DNA of 64,000 bases from the NCBI GenBank assembly GCA_038231795.1, contig JBBRKR010000001.1, positions 259,199 to 323,198 of the forward strand. Direction: 5' to 3'. Source of the DNA: Acidimicrobiales bacterium (GTDB lineage: Bacteria; Actinomycetota; Acidimicrobiia; Acidimicrobiales; JBBRKR01). Shown in pieces: positions 19,762 through 30,943 of this stretch; the first letter of the stretch is position 1; each line of letters opens with the position of its first letter. The translations under genes were made by a program, and so were the position numbers. Under the pieces are notes generated by a model. That model did not search any database. It saw only the letters and a list, made by a program, of their open reading frames with translations, and was not told where the DNA came from.

Positions 19762-20133
19762 ATGAACGAAGAAACTGAACTTGGCGATCTCAGTCAATTG
19801 GCCGATGGCGAACTGCGCTGCTTCGAGCAGGTGGGCCGCGATGGCATCGTGGTGTGTCGTGCTGGCGGCCAGTTGTATGCCGTCGCCGACAACTGCTCGC
19901 ATGCCGACACGCCCTTGAGTGAGGGTCGATTGCGAGGGTTCAGCCTCGTATGCCCGTTGCACGGGGCGGCGTTCGACGTGCGCGATGGTAGCCACTCTGG
20001 CCCGCCAGCGTGGGAGGGCGTGGCCAGCCATCAAATTCGTGAAGTCGACGGCATCGCGTATGTGGCTGTGCGCGGTCGGGTGGTGGAGGAAACGAGTCTG
20101 GCCCCCGACAGCGATCGGTTCCGCACTCGATGA
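19762..20133 (+). CDS. Rieske-type [2Fe-2S] ferredoxin component
   Basis: 'CSHADTPL...CPLHGAAFDVRDG'; about 123 aa. The alternative GTG start at 19750 cannot be excluded. Confidence 0.85.
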   Translation: MNEETELGDLSQLADGELRCFEQVGRDGIVVCRAGGQLYAVADNCSHADTPLSEGRLRGFSLVCPLHGAAFDVRDGSHSGPPAWEGVASHQIREVDGIAYVAVRGRVVEETSLAPDSDRFRTR

Positions 20134-20194
20134 TGGCGCCTGCTGATCGTCGTCCGGTCGTTCGATGTAGCGCGAAGTTGGCTAGTTTCAGCGC

Positions 20195-21283
20195 ATGACA
20201 GCGTTTCCAAAAAACACCAATGAAGTCACCGCCGAATTTGTCACCGCTGCGCTTCGTGAATCGGGTGTGATCGGCGCGGGCACCACCGTTACGTCGGTAG
20301 TCCTCGATCCCGCAGGGCCCGGTGTGGGCTTCATGGGCGAAGTTGGCACCGTTGGCCTCGTGTATAACGGGGATGCCACTGGCGCACCGGCTGCGGTGGT
20401 GGCCAAGTTCCCGACGTCGTCGCCAGAGATTCGCGCCATGATGCATCCAACTCGAATTTATGAGCGTGAACATCGCTTCTATGCCGAGGTGGCTGAGCAG
20501 TCGCCGTTGCGCACGCCCGCCATCTATCACGTCACCTGCGAGCCCGCCGAAGAATCGGTCGACGAGCGGTATTTACTGCTCATGGAAGACCTCTCAGGCC
20601 TCACACTCGGCGACCAGGTTGTGGGCGTCTCACCTGAGCAGGCCCGTGCTGCGCTAGTGGGCCTGGCTGCCCATCACGCTCGATTCTGGAACGGTGCCGG
20701 CCTCGAATCAGCCGACTTCATACCCGTGATCAATGGTCCGTTGAATCAAGCGGGCTCTGCAATTTACGACGCATCGTTGCCCGGTTTCATGGCCGCCTTT
20801 GGGGACGCTATTAAACCTGAGTTGGCACCTTTCGTAGCCGGCTATTCGGCAGCGCGGCCGCAAGTTCTCGACGATCTGGCCGCCATGCCGCACACGTTGG
20901 TGCACTTCGATTTTCGGGCCGACAATCTCTTCTTCGACACCGACGGCTCTGTGGTCGTCATCGATTGGCAGGCCATCAGCCAAGGTGGCGGAGCGGCCGA
21001 TGTTGGATACTTCATTTCGCAAAATTTGAGCACCGCTGATCGGCGAACTCACGAAGCCGAGTTGCTCCACGCATACCACGACACGCTCGTGGCCAACGGT
21101 GTTACTGGCTACGACTACGACACAGTGGTCGCCGATTATCGAGTTGGTATTAGCTGTGGCTGGATGATTCCCGTGCTTGCCGTTGGCAGCCTCGACTTCA
21201 CCAGCGAACGCGCCATCGCGTTATGGACAGCGGTAATCGAACGTGCTCAAAGCGCCTTACTCGATCACGGATTCGGGCAGTAA
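20195..21283 (+). CDS. Phosphotransferase (APH/choline-kinase/EcKL-like kinase fold)
   Basis: Brenner-type catalytic motif 'LVHFDFRADNLFF' followed by 'VIDWQ'; 362 aa. Confidence 0.75.
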   Translation: MTAFPKNTNEVTAEFVTAALRESGVIGAGTTVTSVVLDPAGPGVGFMGEVGTVGLVYNGDATGAPAAVVAKFPTSSPEIRAMMHPTRIYEREHRFYAEVAEQSPLRTPAIYHVTCEPAEESVDERYLLLMEDLSGLTLGDQVVGVSPEQARAALVGLAAHHARFWNGAGLESADFIPVINGPLNQAGSAIYDASLPGFMAAFGDAIKPELAPFVAGYSAARPQVLDDLAAMPHTLVHFDFRADNLFFDTDGSVVVIDWQAISQGGGAADVGYFISQNLSTADRRTHEAELLHAYHDTLVANGVTGYDYDTVVADYRVGISCGWMIPVLAVGSLDFTSERAIALWTAVIERAQSALLDHGFGQ

Positions 21284-21291
21284 CGGCACCA

Positions 21292-21759
21292 ATGGACACC
21301 CCCGAAAACGCGTTGGCTACATTGCTCGACGAGCGGGCAATTGTGGCGGTGGCCTTGCTGTATTGCCGGGCGTTGGATACCAAAAATTGGTCGTTGCTCA
21401 ACGAGGTATTTCTTCCCGATGCCACAGCCGAGTTGGGCGCCGGAGCGAAGTATGCCGGTCGCGACAAGATCGTGGGGCGCGTAAGCGCCGCGCTTGGACA
21501 ACTCGACGAGAGCCAGCATCTGGTGGGGAATCATGAGGTGCACATCGATGGCGATACGGCTACGCATCGTTGTTACTTGCAAGCGCAACACATTCGACGT
21601 GACGCCACAGGCGGGCCCAACTACATCGTGGCCGGTCGTTACGAAGACCGTCTGGAACGAACACCTGCGGGCTGGCGAATCGCGCACCGCAACCTCGTTG
21701 TGATGTGGACGCAGGGCAACCTCGCCGTCGTCGCGCCCCAGCAATCGGTGGCTCCCTGA
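21292..21759 (+). CDS. NTF2/SnoaL-like fold protein
   Basis: 'LLDERAIVAVALLYCRALDTKNW', 'HLVGNHEV', 'GRYEDRLERTPAGWRIAHR', typical of SnoaL_4-type proteins. ATG 21292 was verified in the sequence. Confidence 0.7.
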   Translation: MDTPENALATLLDERAIVAVALLYCRALDTKNWSLLNEVFLPDATAELGAGAKYAGRDKIVGRVSAALGQLDESQHLVGNHEVHIDGDTATHRCYLQAQHIRRDATGGPNYIVAGRYEDRLERTPAGWRIAHRNLVVMWTQGNLAVVAPQQSVAP

Positions 21760-23309
21760 TGCCTCGTTTTGCGACCGAGCGCGCTGCGCAGGATCCCACT
21801 GGTTTCGCGCTGGTGGCCGCTGGCCGTGAGCTCACGTGGGGCGAGGTCGGTGACGCGCTCAACCGGTGCGCGAACCAACTGATCGCGGCAGGTGAATCGG
21901 GTGTGCTCGGTGAGGCGCGCCGGATTGCGGTGTTCGCCGAGAACGCAGCCGAGACAGCGCTTGCCCATCTCGGTGCTCTACTCGCCGGGGCCTCCTCAGT
22001 GCCGGTCAACTTTCATCTCACGTCGTCCGAGGCTGCCTACATTCTCGAAGACTCTGCCACCCGCATTCTGTTCGTCGGCCCAGAGACGGCAGAGCGTGGC
22101 CTTGCCGCAGCTCGTCAGGCCAACGTCGACGTTGTCATCGGGTGGGGTTGTGATCATCTCGCAGGCGTCATCGATTGGCAGCAATGGTTGGCGAGCGGAG
22201 CACCGACTGACCCGCCCGGCACCGTGGTGCCGCGACCAAACCTGTTGTACACATCGGGCACCACCGGGCAGCCAAAGGGCACGGAGTTACCACCGACCAT
22301 GTTCGCAGGCGGGGTGAATATGGACGAGCATCTCGACCGGCTGGCACGGGGCTCGTTTTCAGGTTTCGGGACGCACTTGGTGGTAGGCCCGATGTATCAC
22401 ACAGGGCCGCTATCGGGCATGCGCTTGTTGTGCGCTGGCGTGCCCTCGGTGATCCTTTCCAAGTTCGACGCCGAAGCCGTTCTGGCCGCTATCGACACCT
22501 ACAAAACCGAAACTACGGTGATGGTGCCGACCCATTTCGTGCGTTTGCTGGCGCTGCCCGAAGAGGTCAAGGCCCGGTACGACGTGAGCTCGATGAAGCT
22601 GATCGCCCATACCGGCGCCAAGTGCCCGGTGGATGTGAAAGCGGCCATGATCGAATGGTTTGGCCCCGTGTTCAATGACGCCTACGGCGCCACGGAAGTG
22701 GGCACTGTGTGCTCCATCACGAGCCAGGAGTGGCTTGCCCACAAGGGTTCCGTGGGCCGCGCCATTGGCCAGTTTTCGGTGGTGATTCTCGATGACGACA
22801 TGGCCGAGTTGCCAGTAGGCACGGAGGGTCGGCTGTACTTCCGAGACTCCACCGGCCGCGGCATCGTGTACCCGAACGATGCCGCCAAGACAGCGGCCTC
22901 AAACCCCGAGCCAGGCCTGTTCACGCTCGGCGAAGTCGGATACGTAGATGCCGATGGATACGTGTTCATTACCGACCGGTTCAGCGACATGGTGGTGTCT
23001 GGCGGATCGAACCTGTACCCAGCCGAAGCCGAACAGCTACTGATCCACCATCCCGGTGTGGCCGACGTGGCATGCATCGGCGTGCCGCATCATGAAATGG
23101 GCGAGATGCTCATCGCGCTCGTGATCCCCAGAGACACTTTGACGCCTCCGGACCCTGGCGAATTGTCGGCCTGGTTGCGCGAACGTTTGAGTCACTACAA
23201 ATGCCCTCGGGAGTACCACGTGGTTGGAGATCTTTTGCGCAACACGATGGGCAAGATCAACAAACGCAAGCTGCGCGATGCGTGGCTAGCTGGTGAAATT
23301 AGTCGCTAA
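21759..23309 (+). CDS. Acyl-CoA synthetase (AMP-forming adenylation family)
   Basis: 'LLYTSGTTGQPKG', 'YGATE', 'GYVDADGYVFITDRFSDMVVSGGSNLYPAEAE'. The start ATG shares its A with the upstream TGA. Confidence 0.9.
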   Translation: MPRFATERAAQDPTGFALVAAGRELTWGEVGDALNRCANQLIAAGESGVLGEARRIAVFAENAAETALAHLGALLAGASSVPVNFHLTSSEAAYILEDSATRILFVGPETAERGLAAARQANVDVVIGWGCDHLAGVIDWQQWLASGAPTDPPGTVVPRPNLLYTSGTTGQPKGTELPPTMFAGGVNMDEHLDRLARGSFSGFGTHLVVGPMYHTGPLSGMRLLCAGVPSVILSKFDAEAVLAAIDTYKTETTVMVPTHFVRLLALPEEVKARYDVSSMKLIAHTGAKCPVDVKAAMIEWFGPVFNDAYGATEVGTVCSITSQEWLAHKGSVGRAIGQFSVVILDDDMAELPVGTEGRLYFRDSTGRGIVYPNDAAKTAASNPEPGLFTLGEVGYVDADGYVFITDRFSDMVVSGGSNLYPAEAEQLLIHHPGVADVACIGVPHHEMGEMLIALVIPRDTLTPPDPGELSAWLRERLSHYKCPREYHVVGDLLRNTMGKINKRKLRDAWLAGEISR

Positions 23310-23311
23310 CC

Positions 23312-24187
23312 TCAGCCCACGTGAGTGAGCACATGCTCCTCGCCAAACTGTCGCAACCGGTCGAGTCCGCCGTCGCCGCCAAAGAAAAAAGCCGGCACCA
23401 TCACGCGGCCTACGCCGAGCGTTCGCATGGCTTCGATTCCCTCAGCGGGGTTGCCGATGTGGGCTCCGAACATGGCGTTGATTTCCACTTCGGCGGGGTC
23501 GCGATCGATGGCCTGGCACGCTTCCCGCACATTTGTGATTAACTCACCGAGTCGTACCGGATTCGATTCGCCAGGGAAGTAGCCGTCGGCCAATCGCGCT
23601 GCGCGGCGAATGGCTACGGGGGTGTCGCCGCCCACGAGGATGGGAATGTTGGCACCCTGCGCTGGGCGAGGAGTCGACGTCAGCGGCTCGAAGTCCACGA
23701 ACTCGCCGTGGAACTCCACATGGCTCCCCGACCACACCATGCGCATTGCTGCCAGGTACTCATCGGTACGCCGGCCACGGTGCTCCCATGGCACATCGAG
23801 CGCGTCGAACTCTTCCTTCATCCAGCCCACGCCGATACCGAGCTCGACCCTGCCGCCCGACAGATGATCGAGCGTGGCCAGTTCCTTGGCAAGCACCAAC
23901 GGATTTCGCTGGGGCAGTATCAAAATGCATGTGCCTAAACGCAACGTAGGGGCAACAGCCGCCACGTATGCGAGCCAGATCAACGGATCAGGAATTGACG
24001 TCTCGGGCGAGGCCGGAATCTTGCCATCTGACGTGTACGGGTACGGCGAATCGATGACTGACGGCATCACGACGTGTTCGCCACCCCACACTGATTCGAA
24101 GCCCACGGCCTCTGCGACTCTGGCGATTTCCAGGGCCGAGGCGGGGTCGGTTCCAACACTGCTGGCGAATGCAAGTCCGAATTTCAT
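23312..24187 (-). CDS. Luciferase-like (LLM) oxidoreductase, probably F420-dependent
   Basis: 'MKFGLAF...GFESVWGGEHVVMP', 'RVELGIGVGW'; 291 aa. Confidence 0.8.
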   Translation of the reverse strand: MKFGLAFASSVGTDPASALEIARVAEAVGFESVWGGEHVVMPSVIDSPYPYTSDGKIPASPETSIPDPLIWLAYVAAVAPTLRLGTCILILPQRNPLVLAKELATLDHLSGGRVELGIGVGWMKEEFDALDVPWEHRGRRTDEYLAAMRMVWSGSHVEFHGEFVDFEPLTSTPRPAQGANIPILVGGDTPVAIRRAARLADGYFPGESNPVRLGELITNVREACQAIDRDPAEVEINAMFGAHIGNPAEGIEAMRTLGVGRVMVPAFFFGGDGGLDRLRQFGEEHVLTHVG

Positions 24188-24340
24188 GCCGCATCAGATC
24201 ACAGCATTTTGCCTATGCCACCATCGGGCCGGACGTGATTGCCGACGATCGGAAACACGGGTGGCCCAACGAAGTACGATCCCGCTACCAAAGGCGCTCG
24301 GCTGGGCGTCGTCAGCGAGATTCCCAGATAAGGACACCAG

Positions 24341-25120
24341 ATGACAGACACAGTGTTGGACCGTTTCGGACTAGCGGGAGGAGTCGCCGTAGTGACTGGT
24401 GCCGGTCGGGGTATTGGTGAGGGGATCGCCATCGGCCTCGCTCAAGCAGGTTGCGATGTGGTGCTCACAGCACGGCGTGAACACGAGATCAATGCCGTTG
24501 CCGACGAGGTGCGCAAGCTTGGTAGGAAAGCGTTTGCGATTGCTGGCGACATCACTGATGGCGCCTTCGTGGACAGCCTTGCCGAACGGGCTAAAGCGGA
24601 GATGGGCAAGATCACTCTGTGGGTCAACAATGCCGGAGGGGCCGACGATCGGACGCCACGACGTCTCGCCGAGATGCCCGACAGTCAATGGGACTACCAA
24701 CTCGACGTGAACCTCCGCTCGGTATTTACCTGCTCTCGAGCAGCCACTCGGGTCATCGAAAACGGTGGGTCAATCATCAATATATCGTCGGGAGCGGCAC
24801 TCAAGGGTTCGCCCAGGAATGGTCCATATGCAGTGGCCAAGGCAGGCGTCGACAGCCTCACCCGCACCCTGTCGCTTGAGCTCGCATCACGTGGTATTCG
24901 CGTCAATGGCATTGCTCCTGGCCCTGTTCCGACCGAGGTGTTCATGGAGTTTTTCAAAGCCGACGTCGCTGACCTACCAAAGCTTGCTGCCGAGTGGGGC
25001 ATACCGTTGGGCCGTCTCGGAACGCCGGAAGATGTTGCCAACGCTGTTGTGTTCTTGGCCTCGCCAGCCGCGTCGTGGATTACTGGACAAACGCTGTTGG
25101 TCAATGGAGGCAACCGTTAA
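24341..25120 (+). CDS. Short-chain dehydrogenase/reductase
   Basis: 'VVTGAGRGIGEGIA' (TGxxxGIG), 'NNAG', catalytic 'YAVAKAG'; 259 aa. Confidence 0.9.
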   Translation: MTDTVLDRFGLAGGVAVVTGAGRGIGEGIAIGLAQAGCDVVLTARREHEINAVADEVRKLGRKAFAIAGDITDGAFVDSLAERAKAEMGKITLWVNNAGGADDRTPRRLAEMPDSQWDYQLDVNLRSVFTCSRAATRVIENGGSIINISSGAALKGSPRNGPYAVAKAGVDSLTRTLSLELASRGIRVNGIAPGPVPTEVFMEFFKADVADLPKLAAEWGIPLGRLGTPEDVANAVVFLASPAASWITGQTLLVNGGNR

Positions 25121-26795
25121 TCTGACCCCCGGTCCCAATACGCCGTCGACCGGCGGGCTGAGCGAGAACTGGGCGACGCTATGGGAAGCCTTCGCCGATG
25201 CACAGCCGCTGCATACGGCCGTCGTGGTGGGCGATCGATCGTTCACGTGGAGCCAACTCGATGATGGGGCCGCGCGGCTCGCCACCGTCCTCGCTGAACG
25301 GGGAGCGGGCCTCGGCACTCGCATCGCGCAGATGATGTTCAATTGCCCGGAGTATCTCGAGTCGTCGTATGCGGCGTTCAAATTGAGGGCCACGCCGGTG
25401 AATGTGAACTACCGTTACAAGTCAGCCGAGATCGCCTTCATATGCGACAACGCCGGCGCCGAAGTATTGATCTTTCATGGCTCGTTGGGCGACCGTGTAG
25501 CCGAAGCCGCGCCATCAATGCCCACCGTGCGCTCGCTGCTGCAAGTCGACGACGGATCGCCGCTCGTGCCGGGAGCTCGCTGGTATCACGAGGTTGTCGC
25601 CAGCGCCTTGCCCGCTCCTCGCATCGAACGTTCCGGCGAGGACGCGCTGATGTTGTACACCGGCGGAACCACGGGAAACCCCAAAGGTGTTGTCTGGCGC
25701 CATGTTGACCTCTTCGGTGCATTGGCCTTCACGGCGTACGCGTCTGCGGGTATCGAGGTGCCCACCACGGTTGATGATGTGGGTAGAATCGCCGCCGAGT
25801 TACATGCCGCTGGCAAGAGTCCAGTCATGTTGTGCGCACCGCCGCTGATGCACGGCACCGCGTTGTTTTTGGCAATCGGGGCATTCGTGATGGGCGGATC
25901 AGTGGTGCTTCTCGGTGGGCGCACATTTGACGCCGATGAATTGTGGGACCTCGCCGACGAACACCATGTGACTCAAATCTCACTTGTTGGCGACGCGTTT
26001 GCTCGACCGTTAAACGCCGCGTTGGCGGCCGCCGAGGCAAGCGGGTTGAGCCGCGACCTGACCTCGATCACGCGCATCGTGTCGACCGGAGCAACGCTGT
26101 CGGTCGAGCAGTAGCGGGCGTTCCAACGCCACGTGCCGACCGCCATGATTTTCGACATGATCGGCGCGTCAGAGGGTGGCCCGTTTGCCATCTCGATGAC
26201 AATGCCCGGCCAGGACCCTCCTGAGACAGCGGTGTTCATGGCGCCCGCCAATGTGGTCACCATCGACGCGGTGACTGGCGCTGTACTGCCGCGAGGCAGC
26301 GCTACGCCAGGCATGCTCGCCTCCACCGGAGCCATGCCGCGTGGCTATTGGCACGACGACGCCAAGACGGCAGAGACCTTTCCCACCATCGACAAAGTTC
26401 GGTACACCGTGCCCGGCGACTTCGCCACCATTGCCGACGACGGCACTGTCACGTTGCTCGGCAGAGGTTCGGTGTGCATCAATTCCGGTGGCGAAAAGAT
26501 CTATCCGGAAGAGGTTGAGGTTGCCGCCCGAAAGCATCCAACGGTGATCGACGCCAACGCTGTTGGCGTGCCCCACGAGCGGTTCGGCGAGACCGTGGTG
26601 CTGGTGTGCTCGATCTCGGCTCCGACCACGGCCGACGAGATTATCGCCACAGTCAAGCTCTCCATTGCCGACTACAAAGCGCCGCGCCATGTGGTCTTTG
26701 TGGACGAGGTCTACCGCGCCCCAAATGGCAAAGCCGACTATCGCTGGGCTCGCCAAATCGCCGCCGCAAAGCCCGTCGAAAAACCTCCGGATTAG
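25104..26795 (+). pseudogene. Acyl-CoA synthetase interrupted by one in-frame TAG (26112-26114); halves 25104-26114 and 26133-26795
   Basis: The N-terminal part carries 'LMLYTGGTTGNPKG'. The C-terminal part carries 'GASEGG', 'LLGRGSVCINSGGEKIYPEEVE' and 'YKAPRHVVFVDE'. Both parts are in the same frame and separated only by the TAG: ...GATLSVEQ*RAFQRHVPTAMIFD... Confidence 0.8.
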
Positions 26796-26906
26796 GCTAG
26801 GCCCGACCCCGACGGCCGGGGCGATGGCATCTACGGTTTCGTCGTCGTCGGTACTAGCACCTCAGCAATGAGCCCGAAACGAGCAAAGAGCGCGACTAGC
26901 GTCTAG

Positions 26907-28196
<1,290 letters not shown>

Positions 28197-28198
28197 CT

Positions 28199-28552
28199 AT
28201 GCGTTGGGCCCGTCGTTTGCTTTGGCCACTATTGCTTTTTATGGTGATGGCTGGTGTGTTGTTTGTGGGCGTTTTCCCCACTCGCACGTATTTCAATTTG
28301 CGCGATGAGTCGCGTCGCAATCAAGTTCGCCTTACCGAAGTAATCAAGAAAAATTCGGAACTCGATGCTCAGGTGGCGAAACTTAAGACTCCTGCGGAAA
28401 TCGAAAGACTCGCCCGCTTGCAGTACCACCTGATCAAACCGGGTGAGACCCCGTTCGCTGTTTTGCCGGGCGTGGCCACGACTGTGCCTCCTCAAGAATC
28501 AGCGAGCACAACCTCATCGCCCAACACCGGTGCCGGCGCTCAGAAGGACTAG
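28199..28552 (+). CDS. ftsB: Septum-formation initiator family protein (FtsB/DivIC-like)
   Basis: 117 aa. Single N-terminal TM 'LLWPLLLFMVMAGVLFVGVF' followed by a coiled-coil segment; position right after eno, as in other Actinobacteria. Confidence 0.8.
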   Translation: MRWARRLLWPLLLFMVMAGVLFVGVFPTRTYFNLRDESRRNQVRLTEVIKKNSELDAQVAKLKTPAEIERLARLQYHLIKPGETPFAVLPGVATTVPPQESASTTSSPNTGAGAQKD

Positions 28553-28589
28553 CTTTCAGGCCACCTGAACTCACAAGGGGGCCCTGATT

Positions 28590-30866
28590 ATGAGCATTCT
28601 CGGAAATCGCGTTCTTCGCAAGGAAGACCCAAAGTTTCTGACCGTTGGCGGTAACTACGTCAGTGATGTGAAAGATCCGCTACTCAGCGGCGCTGTGCAT
28701 GTCACCTTTGTTCGTTCCACAGTCGCCCACGGCGAAATCACCAACATCGATATCTCCGACGCCGTGGCCATGCCCGGTGTGGTGGCCATCTATACGGCAC
28801 AAGATTTGGGCCTCGAGTTGGCCCCAACGTTTCCCTTTACGCCAATGCATTTGCGTCGCCTTCTGACGAGCGACACTGTTCGCTACGTTGGCGAGCCAGT
28901 TGCAGTCGTGCTTACAGAGCATGCCTACCAAGGTGAAGACGCCGCCGAGGCAGTAATCGTTGATTACAACGTGCTGCACGCAGTTATCGACATCAACGAA
29001 GCCATTGCTGGCGAGACGCTGCTGTTCCCGTCCACGGGGTCCAACATCTGTTTCGATTCGGCAGCCATGGGCATGCCCAAAAACGTCGAGGGCCTCTTCG
29101 ACGACTGCGAAGTAGTGATTTCGCAACGCATTGTCAACCAGCGCGTGGCCCCATGCCCACTTGAAGTACGTGCCGCAGCCGCAGCATGGGATGGCGACGG
29201 ACGCCTGCACCTGTGGGCATCCACCCAAGGGCCTCAGGCGTGGCGCGAAGCGTTGATGCCCATCTATCCCGATGCCAACCCGCGGGTGATTTCACCCGAC
29301 GTGGGCGGCGGTTTCGGAGCCAAGATCGGACCCTACGTCGAAGAGCTCGTGATGGGCATCCTGGCGAAGGCCGTTGGTCGCCCCGTGCGGTGGACCGAAA
29401 CCCGCAGCGAATCCATGACCAACCTGGGCCACGGTCGCGCCCAACAACAAGACGTCACCATTGGCGGCGATCGTGATGGCAATGTGAAGGCCTACCGCCT
29501 CACTATCGCCGCCGACGTTGGCGCCTACCCGATGGTAGGCGTTGTGCTGCCTGCCTTCATGACACGCCTCATGACCACTGCCGTATACGACATTCCCAAG
29601 TCGGAGTGTTCGGCCATCAGCGTGCTCACCAACACCACACCAATCGTGGCCTACCGCGGCGCTGGTCGCCCTGAAGCCACTGCGGCAATGGAGCGGGCGA
29701 TGGACATGTTTGCCGCCGAAATCGGTATGGACGCCACCGAAGTTCGCCGCAAAAACCTGCTGCCCAAATTCATGACCACCCACACCACGGCCATGGGTGC
29801 CGGCTACGACTGTGGCGATTACGAGCGCTCGCTCGACCTCTTGCTCGAGGCAGCTGACTATCAGGCTCTCCGCAAGGAGCAAGCCGATCGACGTGCGGCC
29901 CGCAACCCCATCCAAATGGGCATTGGCGTGAGCACGTACGTCGAGATCACCGGCGGCGCACCGCCCAACTTTGAATCGGCTCGCGTTGTGATTGGCGACG
30001 ACGGCCGGGCCACTGTGTACACCGGCACGTCGCCCCATGGCCAAGGTCACGTGACGGCATGGTCGATGCTCGTTTCCGAGCAGACCGGCATCGATATGGA
30101 CAAGGTCGACGTGATCCACGGTGACACCGATCTGGTTCCTGTGGGCGGTGGCACGATGGGATCACGCTCGTTGCAGCAAGGCGGCTCGGCAGTCTTCGAG
30201 TCGGCAGGCCTCGTCGTCGACCGTGCCAAAGACTTGGCAGCTCGCCTTCTCGAAGCCAGCCCCGACGACATTGTGCTCGACAAGCTCGATGGTCGATTCC
30301 ACGTAGCTGGCACCCCAGCCAAGGGCCATTCATGGGCTGAGCTGTCGGCTGCAGCAGCTGCCGAGGGCAACCCCCTCGACATCGATCACACGTTCACCGC
30401 TCCAGGAGCAACCTTCCCGTTTGGTGCCCACATGGCGATCGTGCACGTCGACACTGAAACCGGCAAAGTGACGCTCGTGCGCCATCTCGCCGTGGACGAT
30501 GCCGGCAAGGTGCTCAACCCAGTTCTGCTTGAAGGCCAGATCCACGGTGGCATTGCCCAAGGTGCCGCGCAGGCTCTTCTCGAAGAGGTTTGTTACGACG
30601 AAGACGGCAACCCTGTCACCAGCAACCTGGCCGACTACGGCATGATCTCGGCTGCTGAACTACCCAGCTTTGAAGTAATCCACATGGAAACCCCCACCCC
30701 CATCAACCCATTGGGCGCAAAGGGCATCGGCGAGTCCGGCACCATTGGTTCGACACCCGCTGTGCAATCCGCAGTCGTGGATGCTTTGAGTCACTTGGGT
30801 GTGCGGCACATCGAAATGCCAGCCACCCCCGAAAAGGTGTGGCGGGCAATCGCCAACGCCAACTAA
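28590..30866 (+). CDS. Molybdopterin-binding large subunit, xanthine-dehydrogenase/CODH family, form-II type (orphan copy)
   Basis: 758 aa; 'LRKEDPKFLTVGG' N-terminus; active-site loop '[10 protein letters not shown]'. No adjacent small or medium subunit genes. Confidence 0.88.
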   Translation: MSILGNRVLRKEDPKFLTVGGNYVSDVKDPLLSGAVHVTFVRSTVAHGEITNIDISDAVAMPGVVAIYTAQDLGLELAPTFPFTPMHLRRLLTSDTVRYVGEPVAVVLTEHAYQGEDAAEAVIVDYNVLHAVIDINEAIAGETLLFPSTGSNICFDSAAMGMPKNVEGLFDDCEVVISQRIVNQRVAPCPLEVRAAAAAWDGDGRLHLWASTQGPQAWREALMPIYPDANPRVISPDVGGGFGAKIGPYVEELVMGILAKAVGRPVRWTETRSESMTNLGHGRAQQQDVTIGGDRDGNVKAYRLTIAADVGAYPMVGVVLPAFMTRLMTTAVYDIPKSECSAISVLTNTTPIVAYRGAGRPEATAAMERAMDMFAAEIGMDATEVRRKNLLPKFMTTHTTAMGAGYDCGDYERSLDLLLEAADYQALRKEQADRRAARNPIQMGIGVSTYVEITGGAPPNFESARVVIGDDGRATVYTGTSPHGQGHVTAWSMLVSEQTGIDMDKVDVIHGDTDLVPVGGGTMGSRSLQQGGSAVFESAGLVVDRAKDLAARLLEASPDDIVLDKLDGRFHVAGTPAKGHSWAELSAAAAAEGNPLDIDHTFTAPGATFPFGAHMAIVHVDTETGKVTLVRHLAVDDAGKVLNPVLLEGQIHGGIAQGAAQALLEEVCYDEDGNPVTSNLADYGMISAAELPSFEVIHMETPTPINPLGAKGIGESGTIGSTPAVQSAVVDALSHLGVRHIEMPATPEKVWRAIANAN

Positions 30867-30876
30867 ATAATTTCTG

Positions 30877-30917
30877 GTCGTCCAGCGTCATTTGTTGACG
30901 CTGGACGACTGCCGTTT
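30877..30917 (+). terminator. Intrinsic-terminator-like hairpin after the orphan large-subunit gene
   Basis: Perfect 14-bp stem GTCGTCCAGCGTCA (30877-30890) / TGACGCTGGACGAC (30896-30909), 5-nt loop TTTGT, followed by TGCCGTTTTC. Confidence 0.65.
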
Positions 30918-30943
30918 TCGGGACGGTCCGTAGACTGCTCGCA

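Noticed and set aside
24765-25103. N-terminal extensions of track ORFs that overlap upstream genes (24765 for the synthetase, 12771 for mazG, 39808 for XdhC, 40797 for MocA-like, 41303 for CoxG, 52715 for kynU, 58428 for the AspDH-like gene, 46150 for iolB, 34107 for coxL).
   Set aside because: The extended parts overlap the well-supported C-termini of preceding genes and translate to Arg/Pro-rich nonsense. Internal ATG/GTG starts that abut or overlap the upstream stop by 1-4 nt give N-termini matching the family consensus.
26112-26114. In-frame TAG as a pyrrolysine or other recoding signal.
   Set aside because: There are no pyl genes or recognisable recoding element nearby, and the context is actinobacterial. 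A nonsense mutation or base-call error is far more likely. It cannot be formally excluded without the whole genome.
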